DNA of 64,000 bases from an uncultured Acidimicrobiales bacterium. Its GTDB lineage: Bacteria > Actinomycetota > Acidimicrobiia > Acidimicrobiales > SZUA-35. Below the pieces are notes generated by a model. It was given only the letters and a program-made list of their open reading frames with translations. It was not told the DNA's origin and ran no database searches. The stretch lies in assembly GCA_937930695.1 (NCBI GenBank), contig CALHCB010000029.1, positions 36,652-100,651 on the forward strand, written 5' to 3'. Both the position numbers and the translations under genes were made by a program. Positions 57,208-64,000 of the stretch are shown here, piece by piece. Each line of letters opens with the position of its first letter. Position 1 is the first letter of the stretch.

Positions 57208-57852
57208 ATGAGCAATCCGGACATCTTCATAAGTTTGGCGTACACGCTGTATGTGATCGCACCGGCTATTCGGGATGAGCTGTGGCTGCGGGCCGCCCTT
57301 TTGGTGAACAGTTTTGCCTTCGTTGTCTGGGGTTTGTGGATCGATACTTCGCCGGTTGTTGTGGCCAACGCACTCTTCGGTTTGGTGAGCCTCCGCCAAC
57401 TTCACCGTGCCTGGCAGGAACGTCGGCCCGTCCATTTGAGCGAAGACGCCGAGGCGATCTACATCTCGCTCTTTGATCGTATGGGTCGTCGCGAATTTGC
57501 TCAGCTGTGGCAAATTGGCCACGAGTCAGCGAACCCGGGTGTCATCACGACGCTTGGTGAACCGGTCCGTGAGCTCTGGGTCGTGATCGAAGGCACGGCC
57601 AATGTGGAGTTGATCTCCGGTCAACGGCTGGAGCGTTCTGGGCCAACACTGATTGGGGAGGTCACCGCACTGTCTGGTCGAGCCGCCGCTACAGCGACGG
57701 TGACGATCGACCATGGGCGACTCAGATACTGGTCCCGGAGCGATCTTGACGCCTTGTTCGCGGCGAAACCGAACGTCGAGGCCCACATGCTCCGGGGCCT
57801 GTCCAAGTTGTTGGCTGCACGGATGACCGATGCCGACAAAAGCCGTCGATGA
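57208..57852 (+). CDS. three-TM protein with C-terminal cyclic-nucleotide-binding domain
   Basis: Hydrophobic segments IFISLAYTLYVIAPAI, AALLVNSFAFVVWGLWI and VVVANALFGLVSL. The cNMP-binding fold has the phosphate-binding cassette IGEVTALSGRAAATATV. Confidence 0.7.
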   Translation: MSNPDIFISLAYTLYVIAPAIRDELWLRAALLVNSFAFVVWGLWIDTSPVVVANALFGLVSLRQLHRAWQERRPVHLSEDAEAIYISLFDRMGRREFAQLWQIGHESANPGVITTLGEPVRELWVVIEGTANVELISGQRLERSGPTLIGEVTALSGRAAATATVTIDHGRLRYWSRSDLDALFAAKPNVEAHMLRGLSKLLAARMTDADKSRR

Positions 57853-57868
57853 ATCCGCACTCCTTGGC

Positions 57869-58996
57869 CTAGTGGAAGAGCGAGAACCGATCGGCCGCGG
57901 GCTTGACGTCGCGGTTCTTGTCGACGATGCCCGGACGAATGGTGTCGCCGTGCTCCCAATGCCAGCCGTCGATCGGACTGCTTTGCCACCATGCCGCGGC
58001 GCCGCGAGCCGAAGCGAGTTCCATCGCAGCGGTGAGACCGTCCGATCGTTCGACCTCATCATCACTTGCCGCGACGGCACCGAGGTCGGCGCTCACGATC
58101 AGCGTTCGTTGGCCAGCGAGCGCTTGGGCGCGGGACAGTGATTCGTCGTGGGCTTCATCGAGGGGGACATCGGCCCGCGACCATGCGCCGTCACCGTCGA
58201 CCTCCACAGGCTGGCGAAGATGAACGAGCACTGCGTCATACGCATCGCGGAGTGGCTCGGCCGTATCCGACGGGAATCCGGGCACGACGAGGTCGCCGTC
58301 GGTGGTAGCCCGCTCGACGGTTCTCCAGGTGACCTCGTTGAGCCACGACGCATGCGGTGTTGCTTTGACGTTGTCGCGCTCGGCATGAAATTGGCGGGCA
58401 GTCAGGGAGAGCGCGATGGGAGCGCTGCCGCGAAGAAGTCGGACGGCTTCGGCTTCGGCCTTGAGGACGTCGAGCACGGCCTGGCCAGCGTCGGACGAAT
58501 CGGCGCGACCTGGCGGAGCGACTCCGAGGAGTTCACCTCGCAACGCACGGCGAATGGGTTCTCGTTGCGCAATCCAGCCGTTCGCCAGATCGCCGAAATT
58601 CTCCCCGATGAAGTCGACGTACCTCGGCCAGAGCAACCCGCGAGCTCGTCGGTCAGCAAACCCTCCTTCGTCGTCTGCGAACCAGCCAGGAAGTGCTCCG
58701 TCGAGAAGGCAGATCCACGGCCGGAGATCGCGATTGACCATTTCCTCGAGGAGGTGGCGGAGCTGCTCGAGTTCGAGGTGGGCTCGCTCTCGTTCCGTTG
58801 GTTGAAGGCGAGCCCAGTCCGCGTTGATCGCAACCTCTCGCACCCCCAGCGCTTTGAGAAGATCGAGATCCTCGACCGTGAAGCCGGGAAGGGCAGATGC
58901 CTGCGGCGCCTTGCCTCGCTCGATCCAGCGATGCCAGTCGTCTCGTCCACTGACGCCGGAGAGCTCGGCTGAGGTCACGAGTGCACCTAGTTGCAT
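57869..58996 (-). CDS. GH1-like (family 1 glycosyl hydrolase-like) protein with non-canonical catalytic motifs
   Basis: 376 aa from ATG 58996 (MQLGALV..). Overall GH1-like segments are present (INADWARLQP). The NEP position reads AQREP and the ENG position reads VSADLG. Confidence 0.6.
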   Translation of the reverse strand: MQLGALVTSAELSGVSGRDDWHRWIERGKAPQASALPGFTVEDLDLLKALGVREVAINADWARLQPTERERAHLELEQLRHLLEEMVNRDLRPWICLLDGALPGWFADDEGGFADRRARGLLWPRYVDFIGENFGDLANGWIAQREPIRRALRGELLGVAPPGRADSSDAGQAVLDVLKAEAEAVRLLRGSAPIALSLTARQFHAERDNVKATPHASWLNEVTWRTVERATTDGDLVVPGFPSDTAEPLRDAYDAVLVHLRQPVEVDGDGAWSRADVPLDEAHDESLSRAQALAGQRTLIVSADLGAVAASDDEVERSDGLTAAMELASARGAAAWWQSSPIDGWHWEHGDTIRPGIVDKNRDVKPAADRFSLFH

Positions 58997-59134
58997 GTGC
59001 CGACGATACGCAATCGACCACGACAGCAGGCGGTCGCGTTGTGCCAGGCGTGCCGCCCTGCCGCTGGGGTCTTGTCGACCTGCTTTCGACGCAGGTACTC
59101 GCGGTCGAGTAGCAACGATGGTTCGGCAAGCGGA

Positions 59135-61495
59135 ATGATGGAGGAGTCTGTGGGACTCGATGGTGTTCGCGTACTTGAGATCGGCGAGATGGTTGCCGCT
59201 CCGTATGCGGCAAAATTGTTGGCAGACGAAGGTGCCGAGGTCATCAAGGTAGAGCCACCGACTGGTGATCGAGCTCGATCGGTCGGGCCGTTTCGAGACA
59301 ACCCAGATCCGAACGAAAGCGGGCTGTTCGTTGGGCTGAATACGAACAAGTCGAGTGTGGTGCTCGACCTCGATGTGGCAGCCGGCGTTGCTCGCCTTGC
59401 GGAACTCGTGGCAGAGGCAGACATCGTCCTTCACGATATGAGCCCTGCCAGGGCCGCGTCGGTCGGCCTCGATCCAGAGGTGGTGTTGGTCGCGCGACCC
59501 GAACTCGTGATGTGCGCCGTGACTCCGTTCGGATCGAGTGGCCCGCAGGCCGAGTGGCGAGGAGATGAGATCTGCGTCGCCAACGCCGGAGGTTGGGCGT
59601 GGCTCAGTCCCGGAGCACTTCGAGACGCCGAACAGGCGCCGTTGAAGGCGGCGGGGCACGTTTCCAACATGCAGGGTGGGTTGGCGGCGGCGATGGTGGC
59701 GCTGGCAGCATTCGACCACGCGGAACGGACAGGTCGAGGTGAGTTCATCGATATGTCCGTTCAGGCACACGTTGCTTCGATGCTCGAGACCGCGCTGCCA
59801 CTCTGGACCTATAGCGGTGAGATCCAAGATCGATTCAAACCTCGCATCCGAAACCCGTGGTTCATCGTGAATGCGTCGGATGGTCTGATCTTCCTCGTGA
59901 CCGTTGAGGCTGATCAATGGCAGCGTCTGGTCGAGATGATGGGCTCCCCGGCGTGGGCGCTCGATGAGAAGTTCGCGGACTTCCCGGATCGAATGCTGCA
60001 CGGCGATGAGTTGCGGCGAAACATCGAAGCCTGGACCTCTCAACACACGGTTGAAGCGCTGTTTCACGAGGGACAATCTCGGAGAGTCTGTTTCGCGCCG
60101 GTGTTCAGGATGGCTGACCTGGAAGGCCAAGAGCATCTTCAAGATCGAGGGTTCTTTCATTCGCTCGATCAGACATCTGGAACCTCGGTGACACACATGG
60201 GATCAGGAGCCCATGTCACCCCGAGTAGTTGGCGATTGATGTCGGGCGCCCCCGAGCTCGCACCTCAGAACGATGTGAAGTTCTCGCCTCGAACGTCGTC
60301 GCCTCGCCCCTTCGCTGATGCCGTCGATCGAGCCAAGCCGTTGGCCGGGGTCACGGTCGTTGATTTTTCTTGGGTATGGGCCGGACCGTTCTGCACGCTT
60401 CAGCTCGCCCACCTCGGGGCGGACGTCATCAAGGTGGAGTCATCAAAGCGGCCGGGTTTGGGACGTCGGCTTCCGATCTATGTGCCGGGGTTGCCGGAGA
60501 CACTGAACAGCTGCGGCTATTTCAACCAGTGGGACCAGGGAAAGCGCAGTGCGGACATCGATCTTTCTTCGCCCGATGGACTGGCCCAGGTCCAAGAACT
60601 CATTCGGACCGCAGACGTTGTCGTTGACAATTTCGCCACGGGTGTGATGCACCGCATGGGTTTGGGTGACGACGTCCTGAGATCGCTCAATCCGAACGTG
60701 ATCATCGCGTCGATCACGGGCTTCGGGCACTCCGGACCGCTTCGGGATTACATGGGCTATGGGCCGACGACAGCGCCGTTGTCGGGCTTGACGTCCCTGA
60801 CCGGCTATGACGATGGCGAACCGCGTGAGGTCGGGATCAGCTTCGGCGATCCCGCGGCTGGTCTGACGGCTGCACACGCGATCGTGTCGGCCATCGTCTC
60901 GAGGCGCCGCACCGGAGTCGCCCCTCGAGTCGATGTTTCCCTCTGGGAGGCAACCGCAGTCAATGCGGTCTACGGATGGATGGCCCATGCCTTGGGCGCA
61001 GAGCCCGACAAGCCAATGGGGAACCGTGACCCAGTCTCGGTGCCCCATGGTTGTTATCGCGCCGCCGGTGAGGATGCCTGGGTCTCGATCGCGTGTGGAA
61101 CCGATGCTGAATGGGAGCGGTTGGCGGACATGATTGATCCGGCGCTCGTCTCCGATGATCGCTTCACCTCAGCTGCAAGCCGCAAGCACAATGAGAACGA
61201 ACTCGACGCGGTGATCACAGAATGGACGCGCCAGCGTGATCGATGGGACGTGACCAAGCAGCTTCAGGCTGCCGGTGTCGGGGCATACCCTTCGCTCGAT
61301 GCGCGAGACCTCGTGGACAACGAGCAGCTGGTCGCTCGTCAGTTCTTCGCCGCGCTGGAACACCCCGAAGTGGGCGCCCGCGTGCATGCCGGGGCCCCGT
61401 GGTTGATGCGGAACAGCTCAGCAGCGGTCGAGCGACCGGCACCGCTGATCGGACAGCACACCCAAGAAGTGCTGGATCTTCTCGCTAGTCGTTGA
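59135..61495 (+). CDS. tandem-domain family III CoA-transferase (two CaiB/BaiF modules)
   Basis: Two module N-termini: GVRVLEIGEMVAAPYAAKLLADEGAEVIKVE and GVTVVDFSWVWAGPFCTLQLAHLGADVIKVE. ATG 59135 preferred over TTG 58991. Confidence 0.85.
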   Translation: MMEESVGLDGVRVLEIGEMVAAPYAAKLLADEGAEVIKVEPPTGDRARSVGPFRDNPDPNESGLFVGLNTNKSSVVLDLDVAAGVARLAELVAEADIVLHDMSPARAASVGLDPEVVLVARPELVMCAVTPFGSSGPQAEWRGDEICVANAGGWAWLSPGALRDAEQAPLKAAGHVSNMQGGLAAAMVALAAFDHAERTGRGEFIDMSVQAHVASMLETALPLWTYSGEIQDRFKPRIRNPWFIVNASDGLIFLVTVEADQWQRLVEMMGSPAWALDEKFADFPDRMLHGDELRRNIEAWTSQHTVEALFHEGQSRRVCFAPVFRMADLEGQEHLQDRGFFHSLDQTSGTSVTHMGSGAHVTPSSWRLMSGAPELAPQNDVKFSPRTSSPRPFADAVDRAKPLAGVTVVDFSWVWAGPFCTLQLAHLGADVIKVESSKRPGLGRRLPIYVPGLPETLNSCGYFNQWDQGKRSADIDLSSPDGLAQVQELIRTADVVVDNFATGVMHRMGLGDDVLRSLNPNVIIASITGFGHSGPLRDYMGYGPTTAPLSGLTSLTGYDDGEPREVGISFGDPAAGLTAAHAIVSAIVSRRRTGVAPRVDVSLWEATAVNAVYGWMAHALGAEPDKPMGNRDPVSVPHGCYRAAGEDAWVSIACGTDAEWERLADMIDPALVSDDRFTSAASRKHNENELDAVITEWTRQRDRWDVTKQLQAAGVGAYPSLDARDLVDNEQLVARQFFAALEHPEVGARVHAGAPWLMRNSSAAVERPAPLIGQHTQEVLDLLASR

Positions 61496-62129
61496 TCCCG
61501 AGCGCTTGACGGATTGCGACAATCGTCGGAGCTGGGTCGTTCTCCATCAGCAGGCTTGGTATCCCGAGGTTGCGAGCGCCCTCCACGTTGTGGGCCATGT
61601 CGTCAACGAAGAGTGCATCGCCCGGTTCGAGCTCGAATGCATCAAGGGTGATTGTGAAGAACTCAGGATCAGGCTTGCGGTGACCGATCAAGGCCGAGTT
61701 GACGATTGCTCCAACGAGGCCGGTCTCGAGGTAGCGGCGAGCCAGAATCTCCTGCCCGGACGCAAAGTTGTTCGTGGTGAGAATCACCATGACTTCATGT
61801 TCTCGCAGCTCTTCAAGCAGTTCGATCATCTCCGGGCGATCTTCCCCGTCGAAGAATGATGTCGTCGTTGGGTCGAAGAGACGACCAGCCCCTGGCGCTT
61901 TTTCGTCGAGGAAGTCTCGGAGGTCGTCGTCATCGATCTCGCCGCGTTCTGCTTGTTTGAAAATCGAGTTGTCGTCGTTCATGTATTGAGCGAGACCGCC
62001 GAACGCCATGGCGACGTCCTCTCGGCTGAAGCCAAGTTGTTTGGCCGCGGTGCTCATCATTTCCAACATCGGAACCGTGATGGTCCCAGCCCAATCAATC
62101 AGCAATACCTCGGCGGTCGAATCAGTCAC
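61485..62129 (-). CDS. HAD-superfamily hydrolase
   Basis: Motif I LLIDWAGTI (D-x-A-G-T, second Asp absent), motif III HRKPDPEFF, motif IV LFVDDMAHN. The start (GTG 62129) is uncertain. The track ORF extends to 62768, antisense to the cyclase gene. Confidence 0.65.
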   Translation of the reverse strand: MTDSTAEVLLIDWAGTITVPMLEMMSTAAKQLGFSREDVAMAFGGLAQYMNDDNSIFKQAERGEIDDDDLRDFLDEKAPGAGRLFDPTTTSFFDGEDRPEMIELLEELREHEVMVILTTNNFASGQEILARRYLETGLVGAIVNSALIGHRKPDPEFFTITLDAFELEPGDALFVDDMAHNVEGARNLGIPSLLMENDPAPTIVAIRQALGIND

Positions 62130-62225
62130 GATGATGACGATAGATCCGTCAGCGAGCTGACGGTTGGCGCGAATCGTGGGCACGGCGTCCTTGTCGTGGG
62201 CAGCAGGGGTCGGCACACTCGGCCC

Positions 62226-62876
62226 ATGGCAACTCACATCGACCTGAGCCACGTGATTACCAATGGCATGGTGACCTACCCAGGGCTTCCGGCGCCGGTG
62301 GTCGCCGATCACCTCACGCGAGAGGCCGCAGAAGAGATCTACGGGCCAGGCATCACGTTCCAGATTGGCCTTGTCACGATGTGTACGAATACGGGCACGT
62401 ATCTCGATGTCCCGTTTCATCGGTATGCCGATGGCCACGATCTCACCGGCCTTGATCTGGCCAGGGTGGCAGGCGTTCCGGGTCACAAAATCGTTGCTCG
62501 AGAGACTCGGGCGATCGACCTTGCGAGCGTCGACCTCTCGGGTGCTGCGGGCACCGCGGTGCTCATCGAGACCGGTCACGCTGTGCACTTCGCCAAGCCG
62601 GCCTATTTGGAGAATCATCCTGCGCTGACCGCATCGGCGGCCGAGCGTCTCGTCGAGGCGGGAGTTGCGTGTGTCGGCATCGACAGTCTGAACATCGATG
62701 CCACCGAGGGCGGAGAGCGGCCGGTGCATTCCATTCTGCTCGCTGCCGGTATTCCCATCGTCGAACACCTCACCGGGCTCGAACAGGTTCCAGAAACTGG
62801 CTTTCGATTTACTGCGGTTCCTCCAAAGATCGAAGGATGTGGGACCTTTACGGTGCGAGCGTTCGCCACCGTGTGA
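62226..62876 (+). CDS. cyclase family protein (kynurenine formamidase-like fold)
   Basis: MATHIDLSHVI.. and NTGTYLDVPFH in place of the HxGTHxDAPxH metal motif. ATG 62226. Confidence 0.75.
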   Translation: MATHIDLSHVITNGMVTYPGLPAPVVADHLTREAAEEIYGPGITFQIGLVTMCTNTGTYLDVPFHRYADGHDLTGLDLARVAGVPGHKIVARETRAIDLASVDLSGAAGTAVLIETGHAVHFAKPAYLENHPALTASAAERLVEAGVACVGIDSLNIDATEGGERPVHSILLAAGIPIVEHLTGLEQVPETGFRFTAVPPKIEGCGTFTVRAFATV

Positions 62877-62921
62877 CCGCCGCTACTAGGGCTCACGGAA
62901 GGCCGTGGGATACGGTGCAGC

Positions 62922-64000
62922 ATGGTTGGTTCACGGTTCCGCTACTCGCAATGGGATGGAACGCAGAAGGGGTTCGAACTTGATGCGTTCGATGTCCTCG
63001 CGGAACTAACCGACGATCTTCTCTATCACGGCGACCCAATGGCGGCCTTGCGTCGCCTGATGCAAGACGGCTTCGAAGATCGCAATGGCGAACAGATCGA
63101 AGGGCTTCGCGACATTCTGGAACGCTTGCGACAGGAGCGGCAGGAACGCCTCGATAACCATGATCTTGGTGGCGTCTACGATGAAATTTCTGAGGCGCTC
63201 GATGCCCTCGTCGACAAAGAGCGTCAGGGGCTCGACGATCGCAATGCGCTTGCCGACATGCAGGCGGGCGATCCTGGAGCGAACGAAGCCGACAAGCGCA
63301 ACGCTGAGTTGGCCAAAGAGACCACTGCCAACAAGCAGATGGAACTCCAGATGCTTCCCGACGACTTGGCGGGCAAGGTCCGGGCGCTGCAGAACTACGA
63401 GTTCGAATCGGCCGAGGCACAGGCTGCATTCGACGAGCTGGTCGACCAGCTCCGCAACGAGTTGGTGAACCAGCAGTTCCAGCACATGACTGGGGCGATG
63501 GAGGACATGTCTCCCGAGGACCTGGCTCGGATGAAAGACATGATGGCCGAGCTCAACAAGATGCTCGAGAGCCGGGCCGAGGGAATCGACCCGGACGAAG
63601 AACAGTCGAAATTCGAAGAGTTCATGGAGAAGTTCGGAGATTTCTTTCCGGGTGAACCCCAGAACTTGGACGAACTCCTCGAGTCGATGGCTCAGCAGAT
63701 GGCAGCGATGCAAGCCCTCATGAACTCCATGTCGCCCGAGCAGCGTCAGCAGTTGATGGATTTGTCGAACCAGCTGATGGAAGACATGGACCTCAACTTT
63801 GAGATGAGCCGTCTCGGTCAGAATCTCCAACAGATGTTCCCCGATGCGGGGTGGGAGCGGAGCTATGACTTCGAGGGGTTCGATCCTCTCGGAATGGCTG
63901 ACGCATCACAGATGCTCCAAGAGCTTGGACAGCTCGACAACCTCGAACAGTTTCTGCAGTCACCTTCCTCGCCATCGGCGCTCGCCGAAGTCGATCTCGA
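62922..64000 (+). CDS. VWA-domain protein, N-terminal part (Rv0959-like partner of the AAA+ ATPase; 3' end outside window)
   Basis: Not in the ORF track because no stop falls in the window. My own translation from ATG 62922 is MVGSRFRYSQWDGTQKGFELDAFDVLAELTDDLLYHGDPMAALRRLMQDGF.., followed by long coiled-coil-like M/Q/E-rich sequence. It is open to base 64000. Confidence 0.7.
   Translation, partial: MVGSRFRYSQWDGTQKGFELDAFDVLAELTDDLLYHGDPMAALRRLMQDGFEDRNGEQIEGLRDILERLRQERQERLDNHDLGGVYDEISEALDALVDKERQGLDDRNALADMQAGDPGANEADKRNAELAKETTANKQMELQMLPDDLAGKVRALQNYEFESAEAQAAFDELVDQLRNELVNQQFQHMTGAMEDMSPEDLARMKDMMAELNKMLESRAEGIDPDEEQSKFEEFMEKFGDFFPGEPQNLDELLESMAQQMAAMQALMNSMSPEQRQQLMDLSNQLMEDMDLNFEMSRLGQNLQQMFPDAGWERSYDFEGFDPLGMADASQMLQELGQLDNLEQFLQSPSSPSALAEVDL

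Noticed and set aside
57869-60196. A 775-aa minus-strand ORF suggesting a very large protein
   Set aside because: Only the last 376 aa (from ATG 58996) look like a real GH1-like protein. The upstream 399 aa are antisense to the well-supported CoA-transferase gene and have an Arg/His/Ser-rich shadow composition.
56084-62921. Calling the block between the AAA+ and VWA genes a mobile element or genomic island
   Set aside because: I could find no integrase, transposase, tRNA attachment site or flanking direct or inverted repeats. It is reported only as a synteny break.
63006-63830. A 274-aa minus-strand ORF at the window end
   Set aside because: It is antisense to the open plus-strand reading frame starting at 62922. 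That frame translates to a recognisable VWA-partner N-terminus. The minus-strand product is an H/L/V/E-rich shadow.
1-64000. A window-wide look for CRISPR arrays, rRNA/tRNA genes, transposases, integrases, toxin-antitoxin pairs or known phage-defence genes
   Set aside because: None was recognisable by eye. The only repeats found are the 18-bp direct repeat at 10990-11032 and short in-frame coding repeats.

Overview
This is a densely coding 64-kb chromosomal window from a high-GC Actinomycetota-type genome. The backbone order pcrA/uvrD1, sucC, sucD, purH matches what I remember of the M. tuberculosis Rv0949-Rv0957 region. An Acidimicrobiia-like origin is only a guess. I support about 55 CDS. 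I found no rRNA, tRNA, CRISPR array, transposase or integrase. The ORF track prints GTG/TTG starts as M, and many long ORFs are antisense shadows typical of high-GC DNA. Several starts were re-picked by hand and remain uncertain.

Housekeeping content:
- purine synthesis: guaB3-like, guaA, purH
- TCA cycle: sucCD, mdh, sdhCAB of the cytochrome b558 type
- metF
- DNA repair: pcrA, an Fpg/Nei glycosylase, a YcaQ-like glycosylase
- a heterodimeric ABC exporter with a TetR regulator
- envelope functions: amidase, DUF368, a GT-C-like membrane protein

Signalling content is unusually rich: PAS-GGDEF-EAL, a BLUF-EAL plus EAL pair, a 3TM cNMP-binding protein and a CpdA-like phosphoesterase.

Most interesting observations:
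1. Two tandem paralogous genes (5208-10904, minus strand) encode an Hsp70-type ATPase domain without the Hsp70 substrate-binding domain. It is joined by a Pro/Ala-rich linker and a single TM helix to an FGE-sulfatase-like ectodomain that lacks the catalytic Cys pair, followed by an unclassified C-terminal domain. This is a receptor-like architecture that I cannot match to any characterised system. A perfect 18-bp direct repeat lies in its upstream intergenic region.
2. A BLUF photoreceptor fused to a clearly degenerate EAL domain is translationally coupled (GTGA overlap) to a paralogous EAL-only protein with an intact catalytic signature.
3. An operon encodes two membrane GTPase paralogues with asymmetric G4 motifs, followed by an SCP2 protein and Nei.
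4. A ChlI-like AAA+ ATPase and its usual VWA partner are separated by a 6.8-kb block of six accessory genes.

All functional calls rest on motif reading by eye. No database search was possible.
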